This document shows positions 29,277 to 39,711 of a stretch of 64,000 nucleotides of DNA, piece by piece. A program made the position numbers and the translations under genes. Every line of letters begins with the position of its first letter. Within the stretch, counting starts at the first letter, position 1. The stretch is from positions 59,800 through 123,799 of the forward strand of contig JBDRBK010000115.1 of the NCBI GenBank assembly GCA_043822705.1, read 5' to 3'. This DNA is from Fidelibacterota bacterium (GTDB lineage Bacteria > Fidelibacterota > Marinisomatia > Marinisomatales > TCS56). Under the pieces are notes generated by a model. That model was not told where the DNA came from. It worked only from the letters and a program-made list of their open reading frames with translations, and did not search any database.

Positions 29277-30633
29277 AATATTGCTGCTGCTGGCGACCAC
29301 CATCGCCGTTCCGGCGCAAACGGTAGTTGTTTCGATATCGGCCACCGGACTGGAATTCTCTGCGGGCGATTCGCTGGCGATCGTGCAGCGGCTGGATTCG
29401 CTGTTGCTGGCGGCTGGTGACTGGGGCAGTCAGTTCAGCTTGTCCGGCGTCAATCGTGGTGACGATCTGCGACTCGATTATTCGCTGCAAACACATCGCC
29501 GGCAGGTCGATTCCCTGGTGTTCAGCGACGACGGTGAAATAGCGCTTGCCGTGAAACGAATGCTGTTCCGGCATATTCTGGCGGCGGAATCTCCGGGCGC
29601 GGCCGAATCGGTCCTGAGTCGAATCAGAGAGACCTATCCATTCCTGAATGAAAAGACGGAATTGGCCTGGGGCCGCTATGCTGACGACCGGATCGCCGCC
29701 GTTATCCGGGTCCGGCCCGATTTCGCCAGCAGTTTCAGCGGAATTGCCGGCTTGAGTCGTGAAGCCGACCGGGACTGGCAGTTGACCGGCCAATTGGACC
29801 TGCACCTGGAAAATGCCTGGCGCAGCGCCGGTACTGTCGATATCGAGTGGCGTCGCAAGGATGAATTGTCCCAGAATATCGCCCTGGCGATTGAGGAACC
29901 GCACCCGCTTTCACTGCCGATCGGCCTGACCGCCTCCTTCCGGCAGAATCTGGAGCAGGGCTGGTATGTGCAAAAGGAAATTTCGGCTGGCGTAGTAGCG
30001 GTTCTAGCGGATCGCGGCCAGTGGCGGCTCGGCTCGGAACGGATCACGGTTGTGCCGACGGAAAAAGGCGATTCGGCCGGCGTCACCGCCCTTACCAGCA
30101 ACCTGCTGTTCTGTTCCGGCAGCGGTGACAGCCGTGACGATCGCTGGCTGCCCCAAAAAGGCGGGACCTGGCAATTTTACGGCGCATTCGGCGAGCGGAA
30201 GACCGCTACCGCCAGCCGCAGCGGGCGATATCAGTTGCAGGCGGCCTACTATTTCCGGGTGCTTCCGTTACTGAGTTTTCATCCGGCGCTGCGATTCCAG
30301 GGCACCACGGTCAAACAGGCCGCGCTGCACCAGTCGGAAATGGTGAAATTCGGCGGCACCGGTTCGCTGCGCGGTTACCGGGAGGATTTTTTCCAGGCTC
30401 CCTGGGTCATGCTGACACAACTGGAACTGATCTACCGGGCCGGAAAAAACCTGCAACTACTGTTATTCGGCGATATCGGCGGCCAGGACGTGTACCGGCC
30501 GTTGCCGTTTGGATTAGGGCTGGCCCTGGTTCAGCGCTCGGCGGGAACGATTGTCGAGGTCGGCTATGGTATTGGCCGCAGCGATCGGTTAGCGGAGGGG
30601 AAATTGCATGTTCGACTTACCGGGCGGTTGTAA
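29263..30633 (+). CDS. Omp85 (BamA/TamA)-like outer-membrane protein
   Basis: Signal peptide; G+LDLHLEN..G barrel start; FGGTGSLRGYRED (RG(Y/F) loop-6 motif). Confidence 0.7.
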   Translation: MRFSRILLLLATTIAVPAQTVVVSISATGLEFSAGDSLAIVQRLDSLLLAAGDWGSQFSLSGVNRGDDLRLDYSLQTHRRQVDSLVFSDDGEIALAVKRMLFRHILAAESPGAAESVLSRIRETYPFLNEKTELAWGRYADDRIAAVIRVRPDFASSFSGIAGLSREADRDWQLTGQLDLHLENAWRSAGTVDIEWRRKDELSQNIALAIEEPHPLSLPIGLTASFRQNLEQGWYVQKEISAGVVAVLADRGQWRLGSERITVVPTEKGDSAGVTALTSNLLFCSGSGDSRDDRWLPQKGGTWQFYGAFGERKTATASRSGRYQLQAAYYFRVLPLLSFHPALRFQGTTVKQAALHQSEMVKFGGTGSLRGYREDFFQAPWVMLTQLELIYRAGKNLQLLLFGDIGGQDVYRPLPFGLGLALVQRSAGTIVEVGYGIGRSDRLAEGKLHVRLTGRL

Positions 30634-30653
30634 AACACACTAAATTCAAACCA

Positions 30654-32768
30654 ATGATAATGAAAAATAAAAGCAATTTAGAACAAAATTTACTGGAATA
30701 TATCAAATCCCACGCCGCCGGCAGCTTCCGCCAACGCGATCTGGTCCAGCAACTGAAAGTCGCCGAACAGGATATCAATCAACTGAGCTCCCTGCTCCAG
30801 CGCTTTACCGAGGAAGGACTGATCGGCCGCGTGAAACGGGGACTGTATAAAGTCAAGCTTGCTGAAAACGAATGGGAAGGTAAGCTGGTCGTCAACCAGA
30901 AAGGTTTCGGATTCGTAATATCCGACACCGACCGTCCCGATATTTTTGTCGGCCGACGACAGATGGGCAATGCCGTCCATGGTGACTGGGTCCGGGTGCG
31001 GGTTAAAGGCCGGTTGGCTGAATCTACCAGCGGAGCGATCGACCGGGTAATTTGGCGCGGTACCGACCGGTTCGTGGGTACCGTCTATCGGGAAAATTCC
31101 AGCGACTGGCTGGCTGTGCAGCCGCTGACACCGGCCCGGGGTATTAAAATTCTGGCCGGCGGATCGATCAAGTACACGCCCGGTTTGACGGTGGTGGCCG
31201 TGGTCAAGGACTGGGGCAGCCAGAACAGTCCCATCACGGTGGTTATTACCAAGATAATCGGCGCCGCCGGCGATCCGATGAACGACCTCGCCATAATTCT
31301 CAGCCGTTACGGATACGATACGGAATTCCCTGCCAAGGTTTTGACCCAGACCCAAGGATTCTCCGAAGCCGATGTCCGGAAGGAAAGTAAGCAACGCCAG
31401 GATTTTCGCGATCTGTTGACTGTCACCATCGATCCCGAGACGGCCCGCGATTTCGACGACGCGCTGTCGATCGAAGAATCCGCTGACGGTTACCAACTGA
31501 GTGTGCATATCGCCGACGTCAGCCATTTCATCCCGGTCGGTTCTCCTCTTGACCGGGAAGCATTGAACCGCGGAACATCGGTGTACTTCACCGAAGGTAC
31601 GGTCCCGATGTTGCCGGAAGCGCTGTCGGGCGATCTCTGTTCCCTGAAACCGGGAGTCGACCGCCTTACCCTGACGGCACGGATCAAGCTGAGCCGGAAG
31701 TTTGCGGTAACCGGTTTCGAGGTGGTTCCGGCGGTCATCAACAGCGATTACCGTTTTACCTATCGCCAGGTCCAGGAGATTCTTGATGGTCGCAGCGCTC
31801 ACCCGGTCCGCAGGCAGTTATTGCTGCTGCTGGAATTAAGCCGCTTCCTGCACCGCCAGCGCAGTGCTTGGGGCAGTATCGATTTTGATATTCCCGAGTC
31901 CATTTTCACGCTGTCACCCGAGGGTATTCCCCGTGAAATAACCACCGGCGAACGGCTGGACAGTCACCGGCTGGTGGAAGAATGCATGTTGCTGGCCAAC
32001 CGGCTGGTAGCGGAACGGATTCCCGGAAAAGCACCTAATCAGCGGCCGTTTTTATACCGCATCCACGATCAGCCGGAGAGCACCGATGTGGTGCGCCTGC
32101 TGGACCTGCTGCGCCGGCTGAAAATCTACCACGGCACCGCCACCGACGAACTGACATCGGCCCAATTGCGTGATATAATCGCCGGTGTCGAGCAGTCACC
32201 CTACAAGTATCTGGTGGAAAATATTGCTTTGCGGTCTATGACCAAGGCGGTCTATCTGCCGGTCAACCGGGGGCATTTCGGGCTGGCCTTCCGCGCCTAT
32301 ACTCATTTTACCAGCCCGATCCGGCGCTACCCGGACCTGGTCGTGCACCGGTTGATCAAGCAGTACTATTTTCAGACGGAATTTTATTTGAAAGAGACCC
32401 TCCCGCCGGTTCTGAGCAGCGTCTGCGAAGCGGCCGTTCAGGCCGAACTGAAGGCGTTGCAGGCCGAGCGGGAATACACCAAGATCAAACAGTTGCGCTG
32501 GCTGCAGGAACATCTCGGCGAGACCTTCGAAGGAATTATCTCCGGCGTCATCCAGTTTGGATTTTTCGTGGAACTGGCCGATACGCTGGTGGAAGGGCTG
32601 GTGCACGTCGAGACGCTGACTGCCGATGATTTCAGTTTTGACGAGGAACATTACTGCCTGACCGGGCGGCGCAGCGAGCAGAAGTACTGTCTGGGACTGG
32701 CTGTCAGGATCAAGGTTCAGGAAGTGCTGCTGGATAAAGTGCGGGCGAATTTCATCCTGGCTGACTGA
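30654..32768 (+). CDS. rnr: Ribonuclease R
   Basis: N-terminal HTH and cold-shock domains (KGFGFV), TIDPETARDFDDA, HIADVS, HFGLA..YTHFTSPIRRYPDL, S1 domain. Confidence 0.95.
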   Translation: MIMKNKSNLEQNLLEYIKSHAAGSFRQRDLVQQLKVAEQDINQLSSLLQRFTEEGLIGRVKRGLYKVKLAENEWEGKLVVNQKGFGFVISDTDRPDIFVGRRQMGNAVHGDWVRVRVKGRLAESTSGAIDRVIWRGTDRFVGTVYRENSSDWLAVQPLTPARGIKILAGGSIKYTPGLTVVAVVKDWGSQNSPITVVITKIIGAAGDPMNDLAIILSRYGYDTEFPAKVLTQTQGFSEADVRKESKQRQDFRDLLTVTIDPETARDFDDALSIEESADGYQLSVHIADVSHFIPVGSPLDREALNRGTSVYFTEGTVPMLPEALSGDLCSLKPGVDRLTLTARIKLSRKFAVTGFEVVPAVINSDYRFTYRQVQEILDGRSAHPVRRQLLLLLELSRFLHRQRSAWGSIDFDIPESIFTLSPEGIPREITTGERLDSHRLVEECMLLANRLVAERIPGKAPNQRPFLYRIHDQPESTDVVRLLDLLRRLKIYHGTATDELTSAQLRDIIAGVEQSPYKYLVENIALRSMTKAVYLPVNRGHFGLAFRAYTHFTSPIRRYPDLVVHRLIKQYYFQTEFYLKETLPPVLSSVCEAAVQAELKALQAEREYTKIKQLRWLQEHLGETFEGIISGVIQFGFFVELADTLVEGLVHVETLTADDFSFDEEHYCLTGRRSEQKYCLGLAVRIKVQEVLLDKVRANFILAD

Positions 32769-32876
32769 ACCGGACCAGACCTGTTCAATCTCAGACGGGC
32801 AACTAGTGCTGCTGTTTTGATTATGATAATAAATTCATTAGCCTGAAATTCCATCGTTATTAGCGGAATTAAATCT

Positions 32877-33884
32877 ATGAAAATGCCAGTTCGGATTATT
32901 TTGATTGCCAGCGTGGTAATTATTGTCGGCGCATGTGGTTCGCTGCGCGATGCCATCGGTGACGATAATAAAATTATTGTTATTACACCCGAACCGCAGG
33001 CGGCGGCGGTCCGCCGGGCCTTGAGCACTATTTTTTCCGATACCCTGTTTACGCCGCAGCCCGAACCGCTATATGTGATTCAGACGGCCAAAGTGGAGGA
33101 ATACAACCGGTATAACACCCACGTCAATTTCATCGTGACCGGATTAGGCACCGACCCGGTCAACCCCGGCAACCGGCTGGTCAAACAACTGTTGCCGGCC
33201 GCCAGTTATGCCGCATCCAAAAACGGCGGTGAGGCGATTTACCTGAGCCATGATCAACATGCCCAAAACCAGCTTTTTCTGGTGCTGAGTGCCCGGGATG
33301 AGGAACATCTGGTCACTGAATTAATCCGCAATCGGGATTGGTTGAAAGAGCAGTTCGATGGGCTGTTCGAAATGCGTCAGGGCGAGTATCTGTTCGATAA
33401 GGTCCGCCAGGAAGCGGTGGAGAAGCGAATTTATCAGAACTTCGGCTGGGGCATGAAAATTCCCTGGGGTTTCGAAATACTCGCCGAAGATTCAATCAGG
33501 AATTTCTTCTGGATGGGCCGCGATTTGCCGTATCGCTGGATATCGGTCCAATGGCAGGACGGGCAGCAGCTCGTCGACAGTGTCGTGGCCGGCCGCCTGG
33601 CGACCGAATACCCGGATCAGTATTATGGCAACGTGCGCTTCACCGATTACAAATTTACCGTCAAGGCTGTCGATTTCGCCGACTGGTCCGCCTGGCGTGT
33701 GACCGGGCTCTGGGAAGAAAAGGTCGAGCCGCAGGGCGGGCCGTTCGTACACTACATTTTTTATGACGGCATTACCGACCGTACTTATCAGGTTAATTTG
33801 CTGATCTTCTTTCCCGGCAAGGATAAGGCGATCCTGATGCGGCAGTTGGACATTATCGCCCGTTCATTTTTTGTGGAACAATAA
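32877..33884 (+). CDS. DUF4837-family lipoprotein
   Basis: Lipobox VGAC; TPQPEP; GLWE...GGPF; PGKDK...RQLDIIARSF. Confidence 0.75.
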   Translation: MKMPVRIILIASVVIIVGACGSLRDAIGDDNKIIVITPEPQAAAVRRALSTIFSDTLFTPQPEPLYVIQTAKVEEYNRYNTHVNFIVTGLGTDPVNPGNRLVKQLLPAASYAASKNGGEAIYLSHDQHAQNQLFLVLSARDEEHLVTELIRNRDWLKEQFDGLFEMRQGEYLFDKVRQEAVEKRIYQNFGWGMKIPWGFEILAEDSIRNFFWMGRDLPYRWISVQWQDGQQLVDSVVAGRLATEYPDQYYGNVRFTDYKFTVKAVDFADWSAWRVTGLWEEKVEPQGGPFVHYIFYDGITDRTYQVNLLIFFPGKDKAILMRQLDIIARSFFVEQ

Positions 33885-33893
33885 ACTGACCAG

Positions 33894-34799
33894 ATGGCGG
33901 CCGAAGGCAAATTACCCAAAGTTTTAGTAACCGGCGCCTGCGGACAGGTGGGGGCCGATTTAATTCCGTTGCTGACGCCGGATTTGCAGGTCCTGGCCGG
34001 CGACCTGGCGTTGGTCGACAGTCTCGGCTACGACTGCCCCTGCGTCCAGCTTGATATAACCGATCCCGGCACCGTCTGTCAAACAGTGACTGACTGGCGA
34101 CCGGATGTCATCGTAAACCTGGTCGCGCTGACCAACGTCGATCAGTGCGAGCGTGAACCGCAATTGGCCCGGCGGGTTAATGTCGATGGCGTGGAAAACC
34201 TGCTGATGGTGCTGCCGGCCGGCGGGCATTTCATCCAGATTTCGACCGATTATATTTTTGACGGTGCCGCCGGTCCCTACCGGGAAACCGATCCACCCAA
34301 TCCGATCAACCAGTACGGTCTGACCAAACTTGCTGCGGAGGAATTGTTAATCGGTGGGACGATGGACTGGACGGTAATCCGGACCAACGTTGTGTTCGGG
34401 GCGTCGATTCATACCGGGGCCAGTTTTCTGAAATGGGTGGTCGATTCACTGCGCTGCGGCCAGTCGATCAAAGTGGTAGACGATCAGTGGAATAACCCGA
34501 CCTGGACGGTCGGACTGGCGGAGATGATCCGGCAGGCAATCGAAACCCGCCTGACCGGCGTCTATAATTATGCCGGCAGCGACTATCTGAACCGGCTGGA
34601 TTTCGCCCGGCTGATCGCCCGTTCCTTCGGACTTGCGGAAGACCTGATCACGCCGATCAGCACTGCTTCGCTGCGCCAGATTGCCGCCCGGCCGTTACGC
34701 GGCGGACTGGTCACCGACCGGACTGTCGCAGCGACCGGAATCCGTGCTTATTCGCTGCCGACAGCGCTCGCAACCATTCGTGCACAAGGTATATTATGA
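33894..34799 (+). CDS. rfbD: dTDP-4-dehydrorhamnose reductase-like SDR
   Basis: VTGACGQVG, ISTDYIFDG, YGLTKLAAE, VVDDQWNNPT. Confidence 0.88.
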   Translation: MAAEGKLPKVLVTGACGQVGADLIPLLTPDLQVLAGDLALVDSLGYDCPCVQLDITDPGTVCQTVTDWRPDVIVNLVALTNVDQCEREPQLARRVNVDGVENLLMVLPAGGHFIQISTDYIFDGAAGPYRETDPPNPINQYGLTKLAAEELLIGGTMDWTVIRTNVVFGASIHTGASFLKWVVDSLRCGQSIKVVDDQWNNPTWTVGLAEMIRQAIETRLTGVYNYAGSDYLNRLDFARLIARSFGLAEDLITPISTASLRQIAARPLRGGLVTDRTVAATGIRAYSLPTALATIRAQGIL

Positions 34800-35512
34800 A
34801 GACCCTGATCATTTCACCGACCTATAACGAACACAAGAATATTCCCAACCTGCTGGCGAAAATTTTCGTCCTTGATCCCGATTATCATCTGTTGATCGTC
34901 GATGATAACTCTCCCGATGGTACCGGCGATCTGGTGGAGTCGCTCCGCCGGGATTATCCCAACCTCCACCTGGAACGGCGGGCGGAGAAGGGTGGACTGG
35001 GTACGGCCTATTGTCATGGGTTCCGATGGGCACTGGATCGTGATTTTGAGGTAATTGCCCAGATCGATGCCGATCTGTCCCACGATCCTAATGAAATTCC
35101 GGCGATGATCAAGAAACTTGACAATCATGATTTGGTGATCGGCAGCCGCTATTGCGATGGCATCAGTGTGGTGCGCTGGCCGCTGCGGCGGCTGGCACTC
35201 AGTTATGGCGCCAATATATATTCGCGGCTGGTCACCGGCATTCCGATTAAGGATAGTACCGCCGGTTTCAAAGTCTGGCGCCGCCTGGCGTTGGAGGCTA
35301 TCGACCTCGGTGCCGTCCAGTCGCAGGGCTATTCGTTTCAGATTGAGATGCATTTCAGGGCGGCTGTCAAGGGTTTTAGAATTGCCGAACACCCGATTAT
35401 TTTCATCGACCGGACTATCGGCGAATCGAAGATGAGCCATAAAATCATGTTTGAAGCCATGTGGATGGTCTGGCGGTTGCGTTTCTGGAAACTGATCGGA
35501 AAGATAAAATAA
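34796..35512 (+). CDS. Polyprenol monophosphomannose synthase (GT2)
   Basis: PTYNE, VDDNSPDGTG, DADLSHDP, GSRY, GYSFQIE, DRTIGESKM. Confidence 0.9.
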   Translation: MKTLIISPTYNEHKNIPNLLAKIFVLDPDYHLLIVDDNSPDGTGDLVESLRRDYPNLHLERRAEKGGLGTAYCHGFRWALDRDFEVIAQIDADLSHDPNEIPAMIKKLDNHDLVIGSRYCDGISVVRWPLRRLALSYGANIYSRLVTGIPIKDSTAGFKVWRRLALEAIDLGAVQSQGYSFQIEMHFRAAVKGFRIAEHPIIFIDRTIGESKMSHKIMFEAMWMVWRLRFWKLIGKIK

Positions 35513-35519
35513 AGCCGCC

Positions 35520-37577
35520 ATGCCGACACCTGCCGTATCGGTCCTGATAGTCAGTTTTAATGTGAGGCAGTATCTGGATCAAGCATTGCGTGCTGTCCAT
35601 AAATCCGATTTCGCCGGTTCCCTGGAAATCATCGTCACCGAAAATAATTCATTTGACGGGACGGCGGATTTTCTGAAAAAGAATTATCCCGACGTCAGTT
35701 TAATCACTAACGCGGTCAACGCCGGTTTTGGTCGGGCCGTCAATCAGGCCGCCCGGCGGGCAGCCGGGAATTATTTCCTGATACTCAATCCTGATACGAT
35801 CATTCAGGAAAGCACGATCGCGGTTCTGGTCGATTACCTTGAGACCAATCCCACGGTGGGAATGATCGGTCCCAAAATATTAACCGCCGACGGCAGCCTG
35901 CAACCAGCCTGCAAGCGTTCATTCCCGTCTTTGGGCGTGGCTCTGCCCAAGGCGCTGGGACTGAACCGGTTGTTCCCCCGCTCCCAATGGGCCAACCGCT
36001 ACAATCTCACCTATCTCGATCCCGACCAGGTACATCGGGTGGATGCGATCAGCGGCTCCTGCATGTTCATACGTGCCGACCTGTTCCGCACGCTGGATGG
36101 ATTCGACGAGCGTTTTTTCATGTTCGGGGAGGACCTCGATCTCTGTTACCGGGTCAACGAAGCTGGTTATGAAGTCCATTATGTGCCCGCCACCCAGATC
36201 ATTCACTACCAGGGTGAATCGGTCAAATCGGCGCCCTACGACAGTCTGAATGCCTTTTACAACGCCATGATATTATTCGCCGATAAACACTTTTCCCGGG
36301 GGCAGGGTATCTTGATGCGGTTGGGCATCCGACTGGGCATTTACCTGCGCAAATCCCTGGCCCAGGTTGCCAGCCGGCGCTCCCAGATTATTTCGATTAT
36401 TCTGGACGGTCTGGTGGTTACAGCCGCGTTCCTGATCGCCATTCCCTTGAAATTCGGTGATTATCAACCGATCACCGCCAGTCACGGGCTGGTGCCGGCC
36501 GTCTATATTGTTTTCTGGCTGATCGTCGGCAGTGTGTTTCAGTTGTATTCCCGCTTCAATTTATCCTATTCGCGGGCGATTCTGTCATCGTTCACGGGCT
36601 TCCTGATCGCGGTGACCTTTACCTATTTTTTCAAGCAGTACGCCTTTTCGCGCCTGATCATCCTGGTTGCCTCGTCGATCATCAGTCTGCTGCTGCCGGG
36701 CTGGCGCATCCTGATTCATTATCTGATATCAAGGGGGGTTTTCCGATCGGTTCACAATCACCGGGATTTGCTGTTTGCCCGCAAGACGTTAATCATCGGG
36801 TCCGATGCGGAAAGCGCACGCATCGCCGACCGGCTGATCAAACGTTTCGATACCGGTCTGGAACTGGTCGGTTTCTGCGATGACCGGGTCGATGATCCCG
36901 AACGTCTGCCGCTGCCGTTTCTGGGCACTTTGACCGACCTGCGTGATATCGTCCGGACGAAAGGGATCGGCGAAGTGATTTTTTCCACCGGGAAATTCAC
37001 CAACGAGGCGATTCTGCGGATAATGGTACAGACCAAGGATTTGCATCTGATTTACCGGATGGTTCCCCAGAAACAGGATATTCTATTAGGAAAGGCGCTG
37101 GTGGAGGAAATTGGCGATTTTTCCTTCATTAATATCAATTATCCCCTGTACAACCGTCTGAATAAAATATCAAAACGGCTCTTCGACCTGATCGGTTCGA
37201 CTATTCTGCTGGTGCCGGCAGCCCCGGTAATTTTCCTGAAGAAATTAGCCGGCGCCGGAAAAAAAATCGAGTTTTGGGGGCCGGACGGAACGAAATTCCA
37301 AGCGGGTATGCTGGTATCGGGTAACCGTTTTATTGCCAGATTACCACTGTTGTGGCAAATAATAGTCGGAAAGATGAGCTTCGTTGGGGCGACACTGGTT
37401 CAGACTTCCGCAACTGACCCGGGTATCATGTTCCGACCGGGACTTACCGGGTTGGACCGCATCAGGAAAATTCCTTATTCAACGGAAGATCGGCGTCTAC
37501 TGGACCATTATTATGTTCAGCACCAGAATTTCACGCTGGATTTGGAAATTATTTTAAAATCAGTTTTTGGCGGCTGA
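35520..37577 (+). CDS. GT2 glycosyltransferase fused to a membrane/CoA-binding/sugar-transferase-like domain
   Basis: NAGFGRAVN, LNPD, GFDERFFMFGEDLDLC; TM bundle; KRLFDL and GKMSFVG remnants of the bacterial sugar transferase domain. Confidence 0.85.
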   Translation: MPTPAVSVLIVSFNVRQYLDQALRAVHKSDFAGSLEIIVTENNSFDGTADFLKKNYPDVSLITNAVNAGFGRAVNQAARRAAGNYFLILNPDTIIQESTIAVLVDYLETNPTVGMIGPKILTADGSLQPACKRSFPSLGVALPKALGLNRLFPRSQWANRYNLTYLDPDQVHRVDAISGSCMFIRADLFRTLDGFDERFFMFGEDLDLCYRVNEAGYEVHYVPATQIIHYQGESVKSAPYDSLNAFYNAMILFADKHFSRGQGILMRLGIRLGIYLRKSLAQVASRRSQIISIILDGLVVTAAFLIAIPLKFGDYQPITASHGLVPAVYIVFWLIVGSVFQLYSRFNLSYSRAILSSFTGFLIAVTFTYFFKQYAFSRLIILVASSIISLLLPGWRILIHYLISRGVFRSVHNHRDLLFARKTLIIGSDAESARIADRLIKRFDTGLELVGFCDDRVDDPERLPLPFLGTLTDLRDIVRTKGIGEVIFSTGKFTNEAILRIMVQTKDLHLIYRMVPQKQDILLGKALVEEIGDFSFININYPLYNRLNKISKRLFDLIGSTILLVPAAPVIFLKKLAGAGKKIEFWGPDGTKFQAGMLVSGNRFIARLPLLWQIIVGKMSFVGATLVQTSATDPGIMFRPGLTGLDRIRKIPYSTEDRRLLDHYYVQHQNFTLDLEIILKSVFGG

Positions 37578-37578
37578 A

Positions 37579-38538
37579 ATGGCTAATAATTATATCCTTG
37601 AATTCGAAAAACCGATTCAGGAACTTGAAGATAAATTACTGGAATTACGCTCGTCCAGCATTTCCGGTAATGATTTGTCCAAGGATATCGCCGAGCTGGA
37701 ACAGAAACGTGAACGGCTGATCCGCCGGATTTACGGCAATCTGTCACGCTGGCAGCGGGTGCAGCTGGCCCGGCATCCCAAGCGACCCTACAGCAAGGAT
37801 TATATCGACTACCTGTCCCCCGATTTTCTGGAGCTGCATGGCGACCGGTTTTTCCGGGATGATCCAGCGGTGATCGGCGGAATTGGCACAATCGACGGTA
37901 AATCGGTACTCTACATCGGCCAGCAGAAAGGCCGCAATACGACCGAAAATTTGTACCGGAATTTCGGCATGATGGGTCCGGATGGTTACCGCAAGGCGTT
38001 GCGGTTGATGAAAATGGCGGAAAAATTCAAGTTGCCGATCATTTGTCTGATAGACACGATCGGGGCTTATCCCGGTATCGATGCCGAGGAACGGGGCCAG
38101 GGCGAAGCGATCGCCCGCAACCTGTTTGAAATGTCCCTGATTGCCGTACCGATTCTGATCATCGTGATCGGAGAAGGCGCCAGCGGCGGCGCCCTGGGTA
38201 TCGGCGTCGGCGATCGTTTTCTAATGCTTGAAAATACTTGGTTCTCGGTAATTAGTCCCGAAGGTTGTGCTTCGATTCTGTGGCACGATGCGGCCAAAGC
38301 GGCCGAGGCCGCCGATGCCATGCGCGTGACCGCCGCCGATATGCTCGAAATGAAAATCTGTGATCGGATCATCGAGGAACCGCTGGGCGGCGCCCATCGC
38401 GATGCACGGGCCATGGGCGCCATTTTGCGGGATATCATCCTGGAGGAACTGACCGGCCTGGAAGCGCTGGATCGGGCAACGCTGCTGCAGCAGCGTCTGG
38501 AGCGCTACGATAATATCGGCAGCTACAGCGAAGATTAA
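37579..38538 (+). CDS. accA: Acetyl-CoA carboxylase carboxyltransferase alpha subunit
   Basis: LEFEKPI, VQLARHPKRP, GYRKALR, AEERGQGEAIA, GEGASGGAL, SVISPEGCA. Confidence 0.98.
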   Translation: MANNYILEFEKPIQELEDKLLELRSSSISGNDLSKDIAELEQKRERLIRRIYGNLSRWQRVQLARHPKRPYSKDYIDYLSPDFLELHGDRFFRDDPAVIGGIGTIDGKSVLYIGQQKGRNTTENLYRNFGMMGPDGYRKALRLMKMAEKFKLPIICLIDTIGAYPGIDAEERGQGEAIARNLFEMSLIAVPILIIVIGEGASGGALGIGVGDRFLMLENTWFSVISPEGCASILWHDAAKAAEAADAMRVTAADMLEMKICDRIIEEPLGGAHRDARAMGAILRDIILEELTGLEALDRATLLQQRLERYDNIGSYSED

Positions 38539-38948
38539 TGATCGCCTACCAGTATCATACGCGGGTCTTCTACCGGGACGTGGACCAGATGGGAGTAGTC
38601 TATTACAGCCGCTACCTGGAGTATTTTGAGGCCGCCCGCACGGAATTACTGCGCAGCTATGGCCTGAACGTAACGGATATTGAGTCCCGGGGATTTTTCC
38701 TGCCGGTTTTAACCAGCCACTGCGAATATCATTCCCCGGCCCGGTTCGAAGAAGAACTAGTTGTACATACCGTTATCCCGGCCCTGCCGCGGGCCCGGCT
38801 GCGGATTGAATATCAAGTGCGCTCCCGGGATGGCGTCCGACTGCATGCCAGCGGTTATACCGAACACTGTTTCACCGATCGCGATGGTCGGGCGGTCCGG
38901 CCGCCACAGTTTTTCCTGGCCGCACTGAGAAAGATGCTGCCGGCATGA
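38538..38948 (+). CDS. YbgC/FadM-family acyl-CoA thioesterase
   Basis: RVFYRDVDQMGVVYYSRYLEYFEAARTE. Confidence 0.9.
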   Translation: MIAYQYHTRVFYRDVDQMGVVYYSRYLEYFEAARTELLRSYGLNVTDIESRGFFLPVLTSHCEYHSPARFEEELVVHTVIPALPRARLRIEYQVRSRDGVRLHASGYTEHCFTDRDGRAVRPPQFFLAALRKMLPA

Positions 38949-39685
38949 GCAACGAACTGTTATTTATCCTCCAGACCATCATCGGACTCAGTTTTACGCT
39001 GATCGCTTTCCGGCTCGGAAAAATCTGGCTGTACGGATATATCGCCATGGCGATTGTGCTGGCGAATATTTTCGTCACCAAGCAATTTGACCTGTTCGGA
39101 CTGTCCGCCACCGGCGGTAACGTGGTCTACGGATCGATTTTCCTCGTGACCGATCTGTTGTCGGAGCACTGGGGCCGGGCCGCTGCCCGCCAGGCCGTGG
39201 TGATCGGATTTTTCGCGGCCCTGTTTTACCTGGTCATGTCGCAATTTATCCTGCAGTTCACGCCCAATTCGGTCGATTGGGGCGCCAGTGCCGGCATGGA
39301 GGCGATTTTCTCCGCCGGACCGGCCATCGTGATCGCCAGTCTGGTAGCCTACCTGGTATCCCAGTTTCACGACGTCTGGGCCTTCCACCTGTGGAAGACC
39401 AAACTGGATGGTCGCCATCTCTGGTTGCGTAATAACCTGAGCACTATGGTCAGTCAGGCCCTGGACAGCCTTATTTTCGCCGGATTAGCGTTCGCGATTC
39501 TGCCGGCGCTGTTCGGTCGGACCGAGAATATTTTACCATCGGCGGCGCTGACGGAAGTGATTATCACCACCTATTTATTCAAACTGCTGGTGGCAGTGAT
39601 TGACACACCGTTTCTATATTTGAGCTATCGTCTGCAACCGGCCGAACTGCGTAATGGCGCGGTCCGGCCCCAGGAATCCGATTGA
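38945..39685 (+). CDS. yhhQ: Queuosine precursor transporter (YhhQ/Vut_1 family)
   Basis: ANIFVTK, GSIFLVTDLLSE, ASLVAYLVSQFHDV, LWLRNNLSTMVSQALDS, DTPFLY. Confidence 0.9.
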   Translation: MSNELLFILQTIIGLSFTLIAFRLGKIWLYGYIAMAIVLANIFVTKQFDLFGLSATGGNVVYGSIFLVTDLLSEHWGRAAARQAVVIGFFAALFYLVMSQFILQFTPNSVDWGASAGMEAIFSAGPAIVIASLVAYLVSQFHDVWAFHLWKTKLDGRHLWLRNNLSTMVSQALDSLIFAGLAFAILPALFGRTENILPSAALTEVIITTYLFKLLVAVIDTPFLYLSYRLQPAELRNGAVRPQESD

Positions 39686-39711
39686 ACGGAACCGAAAAAT
39701 CAGGAGAAATG

